From NCBI GenBank assembly GCA_035290865.1, contig DATDTM010000012.1:11134-75133 (forward strand): a stretch of DNA of 64,000 nucleotides, written 5' to 3'. A program made the position numbers and the translations under genes. The notes under the pieces are model-generated. The model was not told where the DNA came from. It ran no database searches and saw nothing but the letters and a program-made list of their open reading frames with translations. Source of the stretch: Candidatus Nanoarchaeia archaeon (GTDB taxonomy: Archaea > Nanobdellota > Nanobdellia > Woesearchaeales > GW2011-AR9). Below are positions 21,135-30,900 of the stretch, one piece after another. Every line of letters begins with the position of its first letter. Position 1 is the stretch's first letter.

Positions 21135-22091
21135 ATGAGCCAAAAGAAACTCAGACCGAAATTTCCAAGCCTAGAATCAGATATCATCCTGGCTCCCATG
21201 GCTAAGATTACTGACCCTGCCTTTCGTAGCTTATGTAAAGAATACGGTTGCGGTTTGACTGTAACTGAAATGATTTCTGCTAATGATTTAGCTAGGAAAG
21301 ATAAACTGGCAATGAAAGAATTAGAACAACTGAAATCTGAATCCAAACCCAGATGCGTTCAATTGTATGGCCGGAATATAGACAATTTCATTACCGCTAC
21401 AAAAATGGTGCAAGGTTATGCAGAAGTTCTTGACTTAAATTTTGGCTGCCCTTATTATAAAATCATTGCCCAAGGTTTGGGCTGTGCCTTGATGGAACTT
21501 CCCGGAAAGATTAGGCAGATTGTTCAAAATGTAGTCGCAAATTCAAAAATACCCGTAACCTGCAAGATTCGCTTGGGGATGGATGCTAAAAATATTACCG
21601 TTTTAGAAGTAGCTAAGAAAGGTGAAGAATCTGGTGCAGTTATGATTACAGTCCATGCCCGCACCCAGAAACAAGAATATTCCGGAAAAGCAGATTGGAG
21701 TTGGATCAAGAAGGTTAAAGACACAGTCCAAATTCCAGTCTGCGGTAATGGAGATGTAAGAACTGTCGAAGATTATGTCAGATTGAAAAAAGAAACCGGC
21801 TGCGATTATGTCATGATTGGTCGAGGAGCGATCGGCAATCCATTTATTTTCAAACAGATAAATGAGTTCAATAAAACGGGAAAATATAAGATTCCTACCT
21901 CTGAAGAAAGAATCAAAGCTTTAAGAGAATATCTGGTTCTGGCAGAGAAGTTCGAAATAGAATTTGAACAGGTCAAGAAACAGGCGATGTATTTCTTAGA
22001 ACGAACTCTGCCGGATAAGCTGTTTAAAGCAGAGTTGGAAAAAGTTAAGAATAAGAAAGAGATGGGAATTCTACTAAACTCTTTTCTCTAA
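21135..22091 (+). CDS. dus: tRNA-dihydrouridine synthase (Dus), paralog 1
   Basis: ILAPMA..TD, LNFGCP, TVHARTQ and VMIGRGAIGNP motifs. Confidence 0.85.
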   Translation: MSQKKLRPKFPSLESDIILAPMAKITDPAFRSLCKEYGCGLTVTEMISANDLARKDKLAMKELEQLKSESKPRCVQLYGRNIDNFITATKMVQGYAEVLDLNFGCPYYKIIAQGLGCALMELPGKIRQIVQNVVANSKIPVTCKIRLGMDAKNITVLEVAKKGEESGAVMITVHARTQKQEYSGKADWSWIKKVKDTVQIPVCGNGDVRTVEDYVRLKKETGCDYVMIGRGAIGNPFIFKQINEFNKTGKYKIPTSEERIKALREYLVLAEKFEIEFEQVKKQAMYFLERTLPDKLFKAELEKVKNKKEMGILLNSFL

Positions 22092-22796
22092 TGAATCTTT
22101 GTTGCTAACTGCATCTTCCGACGACTCTACCCCGAGGACGCGGCCGTAGTTGTAGAAGTAGTAGACGCCGCCAAGGCTATTGTTGACGTAGTTGCCGCCA
22201 AGAACCAGCCAGCGCCCCTTCGCAACATTGTCTAAATCATTAACAATTCTAAGATGTATTTTACTTCCGATTCTCTTGCCAAAAGCATCTAAATATGATT
22301 CAGCACGCTCTTTCCCACCCAAGAAGGGAATCATCATTGGGTGAGCTAATGCTGTACTAACTTCAATATCACCATATTGGGAATTCATCAATTCTTGGTG
22401 GTCTCTGACAAAAACTGTCTTTTCGTCTTCCAAACCAAGCAATTTTAGGAATTCATCCTGAGGCATGAGCCCTGCACCATTACTCAATCCATTCTGATAA
22501 ACTTTTTTGAGATTTTCTAAGTTTGAAAAGTAATTCGAGCCATGATCATAAACAACCACGGCTTTACCGGCTCTGTTTCTGCCGGTAACTATAATACTCG
22601 GTTGAGTGAAATCATTCTGCCACAGATAATCATTGCAATTAGGAGTAATCTTGGCATCAACCAGTTCTGGTATGAACCAAGGCTGAGCTTTTGCATCAAC
22701 ACATTCAGTATAAGCTTTAAGAATGCCGTCTATTTCAAGTCTTTCAAAGACTTGAACATCTTGATTTCTGACAATCGGGGTGGTTATGGTTTGCAT
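22074..22796 (-). CDS. hypothetical protein, MQTITT paralog A
   Basis: ~85% aa identity to 23600..24520; contains a GC-rich codon patch; no known domain. Confidence 0.55.
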   Translation of the reverse strand: MQTITTPIVRNQDVQVFERLEIDGILKAYTECVDAKAQPWFIPELVDAKITPNCNDYLWQNDFTQPSIIVTGRNRAGKAVVVYDHGSNYFSNLENLKKVYQNGLSNGAGLMPQDEFLKLLGLEDEKTVFVRDHQELMNSQYGDIEVSTALAHPMMIPFLGGKERAESYLDAFGKRIGSKIHLRIVNDLDNVAKGRWLVLGGNYVNNSLGGVYYFYNYGRVLGVESSEDAVSNKDSLEKRV

Positions 22797-22968
22797 TTTA
22801 GTTTTACCTTTTTGGTTTTTATGATTTTTTTTATTATCTTTAAACAGGTTTAATGGAGGTTAAAAATTGGGCCTGTTTATAAACGTTTTGATGTTTGTTA
22901 CTATGAAATGGTCTCTTTTTGAGTAGTTTCGGGGAAAATTTTAAATATCCCCCCGATTACACCAGACC

Positions 22969-23262
22969 ATGGTCAACCAAACTATTAACTCTCTCAAAAA
23001 AATAATTGTACCCATCCTTAAGAAGAATGATGTAGTTAAAGCAGGAATTTTTGGTTCTTACGCCAGAGGAGAACAGAAGAAAAGCAGTGATATAGACCTG
23101 TTGATAAAATATGGCCGGAAGAAAAAGAGTTTGTTAGACCTGGTTCATTTAAAATATGCTTTAGAAGATAAATTGAACCAAAAAGTGGATATTTTAACCT
23201 ATAAATCAATAAATAATCTGTTTAAGAAAGAGATTCTGGACTCAGAGGTTAAAATATTATGA
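22969..23262 (+). CDS. MNT-type nucleotidyltransferase antitoxin
   Basis: GIFGSYARGE...SDIDLLI minimal NTase motif; overlaps the downstream HepT gene by 4 nt. Confidence 0.75.
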   Translation: MVNQTINSLKKIIVPILKKNDVVKAGIFGSYARGEQKKSSDIDLLIKYGRKKKSLLDLVHLKYALEDKLNQKVDILTYKSINNLFKKEILDSEVKIL

Positions 23263-23591
23263 AAAGCGATTTAAAATACCTTCAGCACATTCTGGGATCG
23301 ATTGACCTTATCGATAATTTTGTTTTGGGGCTGGATAAGAACAAATTTTCCAAGAATATAGAAAAACAGTTTGCAGTTATACGGGGATTAGAGATAATTG
23401 GTGAAGCGGTAAAGAATTTGTCCGAAGAAACAAAAATAAATCATCCAGAAATAGTCTGGCGAGAGATTGCCGGAACACGAGACATTTTAATTCATTCTTA
23501 CTTTAGTGTGGATTTGGACTTAGTATGGGATATTATCCAGAGTGATTTGCCCAAATTAAAAACACAGATCAAAATAATCTTAAAAAAATAA
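23259..23591 (+). CDS. HepT-like toxin (DUF86/HEPN)
   Basis: R-x4-H-x-Y motif (RDILIHSY) near the C-terminus. Confidence 0.75.
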   Translation: MKSDLKYLQHILGSIDLIDNFVLGLDKNKFSKNIEKQFAVIRGLEIIGEAVKNLSEETKINHPEIVWREIAGTRDILIHSYFSVDLDLVWDIIQSDLPKLKTQIKIILKK

Positions 23592-23599
23592 GAAATAAA

Positions 23600-24520
23600 T
23601 TAATTCTTCTTAGTCAATAACTGGTAGGCTTCCGGCGAGATCTGATCCTGCCTGATAACAACTAGACCATTGCCAACATCGTTGCCTTTGCCCAGAAGAG
23701 ATTCTAAAGATGAAACGGGATTTTTCAGCGCGTCCTCCTTCGGAGGAACGATAACCGGGCTCGTCGAGTCACTTCGTTCGTGACTTTGCTGCGACAAAGC
23801 TTCGTTCGCCACCGACGACGACTCTACCCCGAGGACACGGCCGTCGTTGCTGAAGCTGTAGCTGCCGCCAAGGTCGCCGCCAAGGTTGTAGTAGATGTAG
23901 TCGCCAAGGACCAGCCAGCGCCCCCTGGGAACTTCGCTTAAATCATTAGTAATTCCTAAATACATTTTACTTCCGATTTTTTTACCGAAAACATCTAAAT
24001 ATTGTTCAGCACGATCTTTCCCACCCAAAAAAGGAATTATCATAGGATGGGCCAAAGCTTTGCTGACTTTAATATCGCCACGAGCAGAATTCATCAATTC
24101 TTGGTGGTCTCTGACAAAAATCGTCTTTTCATCATTCAAACCAAGCAATTTCAAAAATTCTTCCTGAAGCATGAGCCCTGCACCATTACTCAATCCATTC
24201 TGGTAAACTTTTTTGAGATTTTCTAAGTCTGAAAAGTAATTCGAGCCATGGCTATAAACGACCACGGCTTTTCCGGCTCTGTTTCTGCCGGTAACTATGA
24301 TACTCGGTTGAGTGAAACCATTCTGCCACAAATAATCATTGCAATTAGGAGTAATCTTGGCATCAACCAGTTCTGGTATGAACCATGGCTGGCATTTTGC
24401 ATCAACACATTCAGTATAAGCTTTAAGAATACCGTCTGTTTCAAGTCTTTCAAAGACCTGAAGGTCTTGGTTTCTGACGCTGACAATCGGGGTGGTTATG
24501 GTTTGCATTTTTGGGTTCAC
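23600..24520 (-). CDS. hypothetical protein, MQTITT paralog B (C-terminal extension of uncertain reality)
   Basis: ~90% DNA identity to paralog A over the shared part. An extra ~60-aa tail lies over a GC-rich hairpin-rich stretch. Confidence 0.5.
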   Translation of the reverse strand: MNPKMQTITTPIVSVRNQDLQVFERLETDGILKAYTECVDAKCQPWFIPELVDAKITPNCNDYLWQNGFTQPSIIVTGRNRAGKAVVVYSHGSNYFSDLENLKKVYQNGLSNGAGLMLQEEFLKLLGLNDEKTIFVRDHQELMNSARGDIKVSKALAHPMIIPFLGGKDRAEQYLDVFGKKIGSKMYLGITNDLSEVPRGRWLVLGDYIYYNLGGDLGGSYSFSNDGRVLGVESSSVANEALSQQSHERSDSTSPVIVPPKEDALKNPVSSLESLLGKGNDVGNGLVVIRQDQISPEAYQLLTKKN

Positions 24521-24716
24521 CTTTTTGAGTTTTGTAAATTAATTTTTAAATTTGTTTAATAAAAGATTAAAAAGAGGGTGGATTTATAAATGTTTTGGTT
24601 GTTTTACTACCCGATAGTAAATATCAATTCAGGGAGCAGATAACAACCTAAAAAGAGGTATCCGGTTACCTAATTGTCGGTAAAGCTTAAATATCAGTTC
24701 TGTTTCAAACAAGATA

Positions 24717-25331
24717 ATGATTACCAAAGAACAAATCAAAATTTTAGGTGTCTTCAACAAAGACCTCTTCACTAGTTTTACTTTCCGCCAGATTAAGGAG
24801 CAAAGCCAGCAGAAATCAAATAATGTCGTCCAGATAGCCCTAAAAGAATTCCAGAAACAAGATTTAGTAACTATAAAGAAAATTGGGAATGTTAAAACAT
24901 ACAACTTAAATTTAGACAACAATCTCACTTTATCTTATCTTAATCTGATCAATGAATTAGAAATCCGCCGTAAAATATTTCCCAAAGAGATCTTAGCCGA
25001 GATTAAAAAAAAGATCGAGAAGAAAAGCGAGTTCTTTATTTTAATTGTTTTTGGAAGCTATGCTAAAAATAAAGCTACAGAAAAATCTGATTTAGATCTA
25101 GCAGTTATTATCGAATCCGAACCAACAAAAAAAGAAATAGCCCCTTTATTAGAAACAATAAAAAGAAGAGAACTCAAACCCATAGATTATCATCTCTTCA
25201 CCAGAAGTGAGTTTTTAGAAATGCTTAAAGCAGATTATGAAAATATGGGCAAACAAATTTATAAAAACCATCTTATTTATTATGGTTATATCGAATTTTG
25301 CAATCTAATCCGGGGTATAAAAAATGGATGA
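24717..25331 (+). CDS. nucleotidyltransferase with N-terminal wHTH
   Basis: FGSYAKNKATEKSDLDLAVI NTase motif; overlaps the downstream HEPN ORF by 8 nt. Confidence 0.65.
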   Translation: MITKEQIKILGVFNKDLFTSFTFRQIKEQSQQKSNNVVQIALKEFQKQDLVTIKKIGNVKTYNLNLDNNLTLSYLNLINELEIRRKIFPKEILAEIKKKIEKKSEFFILIVFGSYAKNKATEKSDLDLAVIIESEPTKKEIAPLLETIKRRELKPIDYHLFTRSEFLEMLKADYENMGKQIYKNHLIYYGYIEFCNLIRGIKNG

Positions 25332-25809
25332 TAAATCCGAATTATATCTGCAGAGAGCAGAAAATGAACTGGTTGTTGCCCAGATGCTATTTCAAATCTC
25401 AAGTAATACTTTTCTCCAAAAAGAGCAATTTAAACTTGAAAAAGAATTTACTTTCTACAGCACCGTCATTGGTCATTCCTATTATTGTATCTTTTATTCT
25501 GCAAAAGCGATCTTAATCCAAAATGGGATTAAAACAGAAGCTCCTGAAGAACACAGAAAAACTTTAGAAGCCTTTGAGGACTTCTTAGTCAAATCTGGAA
25601 GACTAGATGTAGAATTATTGAAGATCTACAAAAAGATGGTAATTAGAGCAGAAGAACTATTAGAAATATTTTCTAGAGAAAAAGGAAAAAGAGGAGAATT
25701 CACTTACCGAAAACTACCACAGGCAAATTTAGACCCGGCCCAAGAATCTTTAGATAATGGGTTATTATTTTTTAAGAACATTAATGCAGTTTTAAGAAAG
25801 ATTAACTGA
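25324..25809 (+). CDS. HEPN-domain protein (partner of the upstream NTase)
   Basis: All-helical protein of HEPN-like length and gene order. Confidence 0.55.
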   Translation: MDDKSELYLQRAENELVVAQMLFQISSNTFLQKEQFKLEKEFTFYSTVIGHSYYCIFYSAKAILIQNGIKTEAPEEHRKTLEAFEDFLVKSGRLDVELLKIYKKMVIRAEELLEIFSREKGKRGEFTYRKLPQANLDPAQESLDNGLLFFKNINAVLRKIN

Positions 25810-25816
25810 TTACAAA

Positions 25817-26761
25817 ATGCCTCAACTTCCAAAACTTTCATCCGATACCATCCTCGCCCCCATGGCCGGCGTAACCGATGTAGCTTTTCGTGTGCTCTGC
25901 AGAAGGTCTGGCGCAGGATTAACTTGTACTGAAATGATTTCCGCTAATGCCCTCGCTAGAAGTAACCAAGCCACTTTAAAACTGATTAATCTGGCAGAGG
26001 AAGAGAAACCGCGAGTAATCCAGCTCTTCGGCCAGAATACTGATTGCCTGATTAAATCCGCACAATTCATAGAACAGAATAATCTTTGCGAAATCATCGA
26101 CCTAAACTTCGGCTGTCCGGCAGAAAAAATCATCCGTCAAGGTGCAGGCAGTGCTTTGTTGGAACGACCAAACAAGATTAAAGAGATTATAGAGGCAGTT
26201 ACTAAAGCGGTAAAGATTCCCGTAACTTGTAAATTAAGATTAGGGATCAGAACCAGTAACATTAATATCTTAAAAGTAGCTAAGATCTGTGAAGAAGCAG
26301 GCGCAAGTATGCTCACCATCCATGCCCGGACTCAGAACCAAGGTTATACCGGAACCGCGGATTGGTCTTGGATCAAGAAAGTTAAAGAAGCTGCTAAGAT
26401 TCCTGTTTGCGGTAATGGTGATGTCAGAACAGTTGAAGATTATGTGCGTATGAAAAAAGAAACCGGCTGTGATTATGTCATGATTGGGAGAGGCGCGATA
26501 GGCAATCCTTATTTGTTCAAACAAATCAGCGATTATAATAAAACCGGAAAATATTCTGAGAGAACTAAATCCCAGCAGATGGAAGATTTCTTTGCCTATC
26601 TTAAATTAGCCAAAAGATATAAAGTAGATTTCCAATATATCAGATTTCAGGCTATGGCCTTTACTAAAGGGCTGCCTGACTCTGCCCAGCTAAGATTGAA
26701 GTTGAGCAAGGTAAAGAATATAAAAGAGATTGAAAGAGTGATTGTACAGAAAGATTTATAA
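25817..26761 (+). CDS. dus: tRNA-dihydrouridine synthase (Dus), paralog 2
   Basis: Same Dus motifs; ~55% aa identity to paralog 1. Confidence 0.85.
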   Translation: MPQLPKLSSDTILAPMAGVTDVAFRVLCRRSGAGLTCTEMISANALARSNQATLKLINLAEEEKPRVIQLFGQNTDCLIKSAQFIEQNNLCEIIDLNFGCPAEKIIRQGAGSALLERPNKIKEIIEAVTKAVKIPVTCKLRLGIRTSNINILKVAKICEEAGASMLTIHARTQNQGYTGTADWSWIKKVKEAAKIPVCGNGDVRTVEDYVRMKKETGCDYVMIGRGAIGNPYLFKQISDYNKTGKYSERTKSQQMEDFFAYLKLAKRYKVDFQYIRFQAMAFTKGLPDSAQLRLKLSKVKNIKEIERVIVQKDL

Positions 26762-26784
26762 ATAGTTACTTTTAAGTAGTTACT

Positions 26785-27711
26785 ATGTCTCAATTACTGA
26801 TTATATGCGGACCATCCGGTGTTGGGAAGAACACTTTAACCGACGCAATTATAAGAGAATATCCCTATCTAAAATATTTTAGAAAAATAACTACCCGAGA
26901 CAAAAGACCAGATGATCGGGATACAGAAGCTAGATTTGTAACCGGAGGAGAATATGAGGGATTGAGATTACAACACAGAATTGCTCTTCCGTATGAAATT
27001 AGAAGCAATAATTATGGGCTTCCGGTAGATTCTTTTGCCGACCTGAAAAATGGGCCGCGAATTGTTTGTCTTGGAGACTTTCAATTAATACAATCCCTTC
27101 ATGATGCTTTTGATACAACTACTGTTTATGTAACTGCTCCAATTGATCTGATTATTAAAAGATTAGAAGCTAGAGAAGATACGCTTCCGCAAAGGCAAAA
27201 AAGTATTGAAGCCGTTCCAACACATCTAAAAGATTATGACAGATTTAAAAAGTTGTTTGATTATGAAATTACTAACGGGGTTGATCTTAAAGCAGCACAG
27301 GAAAAATTACTTGATATTGTTAGAGAAGAAATTTTGTCACATAGATTAATTTATAACTTTTTGATGCCTAGAAGCGAAAGTGATCAAAGGCAAGCACAAA
27401 AAGAATTAAATCAGGAAGGAAATGGTTATCAATCTTTACCAACTTTTGATAATATAAAACAAAGACTTGAAAAAGCCATGACCCCATTTTATGTTGGAAG
27501 AGGGATTCATCCATTACATTATTCATTCATGCATGGACCAATAATTCTCTCATTTTATGGTTCTAAAGATAGGGAAAGAAGTCAAGTTGCTTTCGGTTCT
27601 TTTGAATTACAAGGTCCAAAAAAGAAACTTGCTAAAACCGGAGATTTACTTAAAGAATTGTTTCCGGAATTAGAAGAATATGGGTCAAGACAAGTTAGGG
27701 TTTTAGATTAA
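26785..27711 (+). CDS. guanylate-kinase-like P-loop kinase with ~100-aa C-terminal extension
   Basis: LIICGPSGVGKNTL...ITTRDKRPDD resembles the Gmk GPSGVGK / TTR motifs. Confidence 0.5.
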   Translation: MSQLLIICGPSGVGKNTLTDAIIREYPYLKYFRKITTRDKRPDDRDTEARFVTGGEYEGLRLQHRIALPYEIRSNNYGLPVDSFADLKNGPRIVCLGDFQLIQSLHDAFDTTTVYVTAPIDLIIKRLEAREDTLPQRQKSIEAVPTHLKDYDRFKKLFDYEITNGVDLKAAQEKLLDIVREEILSHRLIYNFLMPRSESDQRQAQKELNQEGNGYQSLPTFDNIKQRLEKAMTPFYVGRGIHPLHYSFMHGPIILSFYGSKDRERSQVAFGSFELQGPKKKLAKTGDLLKELFPELEEYGSRQVRVLD

Positions 27712-27819
27712 GAATACTTCTTTACCTCCTAGTCTGAACTATTAAACCTAGCCAGAAAAATATCCTCAATAAAAACCTTTAAAAACAAACTAATCTTAAT
27801 TCTATAAAAAGAGGTAAAT

Positions 27820-29481
27820 ATGACTTTATATGAGCTATTGAAGAACCATCAGAATCGCAAGCGTATCGAAGAGATAGTCCATGTCTTCTTTGAAGAAGAA
27901 TTCGGCTATCTAATCTCCAAGATAAAATTACATCATCATCTGCCTTTCCATAAAAGGATTCAGGCCCGTATCGCTAGAGAAAAAGCCATTGACCATCAAG
28001 TCCGGTTAAGAAAAGCCTTCGAAAGATTAGGGCCGACTTTCGTTAAGTTAGGCCAGCTCTTATCCTTGCGCCCGGACTTAGTTCCACCAGAATTTCTTAC
28101 TGAATTTGAAAAGATGCAAGATCGAGTTCCTTCCTTCCCTTTCTCGGTTGCTAAGACCATCATTGAAAGCGAACTGAAAAAACCATTAAATAAAATTTTC
28201 ACTTCTTTCGACCAGAAACCGATTGCTTCTGCCTCCATGGCTCAGGTGTATAAAGCCAAGATCGGAAAAGAGATTGTAGCAGTAAAAGTCCAGCGTCCGG
28301 GGATCGAACAGATCATCAAAGAAGATATCGAAATCATGTACAAGATTGTAGAATTATTGGAGCACCATCTTCCAGATTTCAAAGAATATGCTCTAAAGAA
28401 TACCGTCCATGAATTTGAGAAATGGACCATCAAAGAGCTAAATTTTGGGATAGAAGCGCATTACGCTCAGCAGATCGCCAATAATTTTAAGGGAAGCAAA
28501 ATCCTAAAGATACCTAAAGTGTATTCAGGATATACTACCTCTAAAGTTTTAACTACAGAATTCTTAGATGGGATTCCTTTACACAATATAGACGAGATCA
28601 GAAAAAAGAAAATCAATTTAACCAGAGTAATCCGTAACGGATATTATGTCATTCTCAAACAGGTTTTCGTAGACGGTTTTTTCCATGCCGATCCTCATCC
28701 CGGAAATATTTTAGTTCTTAAAGACGGAAGAATTGGATTGATTGACTTTGGGATTTTAGGCCATTTCGATAAAAAGCTGAGAAGGTACGCCTTAGATTTA
28801 TTTTACAGTTTTATAAATAATGAACCAGAAAAAGCTGTAGATATTATTTTACAAACTAATCCCCAGAGCGATATTGATAAAGAAGCTTTCCTTAAAGATG
28901 TTCGAGACATTTTCGAACAGCTGCATTATTCTTCCTCTAAAGATCTGTTAGTAGGAACTTTCATCAAAGAAACTTTGACTACTGCCTATAAGCATCACAT
29001 TGAAATTCCTACAGATTTCGTACTTTATGGGAGAACCGTGGCCATTGTAGAAGGATTAGCTTTACGCTACCAGCCTGACTTTCCTTTTTATAGAGTAACC
29101 CGAGAAATTTTAACCGAACTGGTCACTCCCCAATTCCTGGCCAGAGAAGCTTATGACCGCACTAAATCAAAATTATCCAAGTATCAAGAGGTAATCAGCA
29201 GCTTTCCGGAGACAGCTTTAGAGATCATGGAAAAAGCTAAGAAATTCAAGATGAATATAGATATAGAAGATGCTGATGTCAAAAACATTACTTCTGAGCT
29301 GGAACGTTCCTCAGGGAACCTTTCTTTAGGCTTTATCATTGCTGCTTTGATCGTCTCCTCTGGTCTGATGATGTTGGCTAAAACACCAGCTTCATTTTAT
29401 TGGACTGGTTTTTTCCTGGCCGGGGCTTTAGGCTTATGGCTGATTCATCGCACTATCTTTCTGAAAACAAAGAAAGAATAA
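27820..29481 (+). CDS. ABC1/UbiB-family atypical kinase
   Basis: KLGQLLSLRPDLVP, ASASMAQVYKA and HADPHPGN motifs with two C-terminal TM helices. Confidence 0.8.
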   Translation: MTLYELLKNHQNRKRIEEIVHVFFEEEFGYLISKIKLHHHLPFHKRIQARIAREKAIDHQVRLRKAFERLGPTFVKLGQLLSLRPDLVPPEFLTEFEKMQDRVPSFPFSVAKTIIESELKKPLNKIFTSFDQKPIASASMAQVYKAKIGKEIVAVKVQRPGIEQIIKEDIEIMYKIVELLEHHLPDFKEYALKNTVHEFEKWTIKELNFGIEAHYAQQIANNFKGSKILKIPKVYSGYTTSKVLTTEFLDGIPLHNIDEIRKKKINLTRVIRNGYYVILKQVFVDGFFHADPHPGNILVLKDGRIGLIDFGILGHFDKKLRRYALDLFYSFINNEPEKAVDIILQTNPQSDIDKEAFLKDVRDIFEQLHYSSSKDLLVGTFIKETLTTAYKHHIEIPTDFVLYGRTVAIVEGLALRYQPDFPFYRVTREILTELVTPQFLAREAYDRTKSKLSKYQEVISSFPETALEIMEKAKKFKMNIDIEDADVKNITSELERSSGNLSLGFIIAALIVSSGLMMLAKTPASFYWTGFFLAGALGLWLIHRTIFLKTKKE

Positions 29482-29555
29482 TAATAGTAATAATAACAAT
29501 AATAATTAATAAGTAAATGGATCAAAAAAATCCTGAAAAAAATGAGGTGTAAAAG

Positions 29556-29813
29556 ATGAAAACAGAACAGATGGTTAAGAAAGGTTTATTGGTAGGAGTA
29601 GGATTAGCTGCTTTTGCTAAAACCAAAGCTGAACAGGCAGTCAAAGAATTAGTTAAGAAAAGAAATTTAAGTCCTGCAGAAGGAAAAAAAGCCGTTAGGA
29701 AAATCTGCTTAGAAGCAGAAAAGTCAGGAAAGAAAGTAGCTGGTGTAATGCAGGCTGAACTGAAACGCTTGATTAAAGTAGTCAACGAGAAGAAGGGGAA
29801 GAAAAGAAAATAA
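29556..29813 (+). CDS. small basic hypothetical protein
   Basis: 85-aa Lys-rich ORF. Confidence 0.35.
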   Translation: MKTEQMVKKGLLVGVGLAAFAKTKAEQAVKELVKKRNLSPAEGKKAVRKICLEAEKSGKKVAGVMQAELKRLIKVVNEKKGKKRK

Positions 29814-29899
29814 TTAGTTTAAAAAGAATGTACTGCTAAAAAGAAGATTGATATAATCAGGAATACTGAATAAAACTAAAAAACAATCCTTAGAAAAAC

Positions 29900-30181
29900 C
29901 TACTTCTTCGCCAGAGTTATCTCAATAGTGCTTACCCTTACAGTTCTTCCTTCTTGGTTTTCAAACTCTTCGCTATCTATCCGAATATCTTTTACACCTA
30001 CAGTATTATCCATAAACCTTTTCCTAGCTACTTCTGCAATATCTACTGCTCGGCTGATAAACTTTCCTCTGGCTTTGACTATTACCTCGCTTGAGCCTTT
30101 GCTGGTAAACTGCATTACCACACCCGTAACATAATTCATGAAAGGCTTGTTTCCGATAAAAATAGAATTGTCGTTAGCCAT
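29900..30181 (-). CDS. albA: Alba DNA/RNA-binding protein
   Basis: ~90-aa protein (IFIGNKPFMNYV...VVKARG...ISRAVDIAE) typical of Alba. Confidence 0.85.
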   Translation of the reverse strand: MANDNSIFIGNKPFMNYVTGVVMQFTSKGSSEVIVKARGKFISRAVDIAEVARKRFMDNTVGVKDIRIDSEEFENQEGRTVRVSTIEITLAKK

Positions 30182-30368
30182 GTTCTAGTCCCTCCATCTT
30201 TTTTCTATGATACACTCAGCAACTAGTCTGATTATAGCAAATGTGTTAAGTTTCCGTACATTTATTCACACATTTGCTATTAGGAGAAATGTTAAATAAA
30301 CTCAACATGCTGGTCTCGTAATGTTGCTACGGCAACATGTTCGTAAATTTAACACTTCGAGTATAAAT

Positions 30369-30557
30369 TTATTGCCCTTGTTTTTTCAGTCTGGTCATAT
30401 AACCAGCAATAATATTCCTCAACTTATTGGTATAAGTGTCCGCATATTTTGCAGTAAGGGCTTTATTCTGAGAGAAATCAGTAGTAAATTTATCTCCATG
30501 CTTGGCTAACAATTCTTTAGTTTTCCTTTTCAGTAAAGTTGATTTGATTCTACCCAT
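30369..30557 (-). CDS. rps17e: ribosomal protein S17e
   Basis: MGRIKSTLLKRKTKELL...NK N-terminus characteristic of S17e. Confidence 0.8.
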   Translation of the reverse strand: MGRIKSTLLKRKTKELLAKHGDKFTTDFSQNKALTAKYADTYTNKLRNIIAGYMTRLKKQGQ

Positions 30558-30676
30558 GTTAACTACTTTAAGAAGCAGGTATTTTATAAACCTTTCTTTT
30601 TTTATGCGTCAAAAGTCCAAGATACAAAAATAATAGTAAACTTTATAAATCAAGCCTTCAGTTTAGACTTCCAAAG

Positions 30677-30874
30677 ATGGAAGAAGCATCAGTTGAACCA
30701 ACCAGCCCGGGGCGCTTGAAAAAGTTTTTTAAGGAGACTATGCGGGTATTGCGTATTACCAAAAAACCTAATAAAGAAGAATATTTAACCAGCGTCAAGA
30801 TAACTGGGATTGGCATTGCCATTATTGGAGCTATTGGTTTCATCATCTTCCTCATCGTGCAATTATTTTTTTGA
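30677..30874 (+). CDS. secE: protein translocase subunit SecE/Sec61-gamma
   Basis: 65 aa with a single C-terminal TM helix; located immediately upstream of spt5 as in many archaea. Confidence 0.7.
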   Translation: MEEASVEPTSPGRLKKFFKETMRVLRITKKPNKEEYLTSVKITGIGIAIIGAIGFIIFLIVQLFF

Positions 30875-30900
30875 AATAAACCATAAACTTAACTCAAAAA

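Noticed and set aside
21690-21860. Possible recent gene conversion between the two Dus paralogs (identical 45-aa stretch)
   Set aside because: DNA identity over that stretch is only ~80%, with many synonymous differences. Conservation is at the protein level, not recent conversion.
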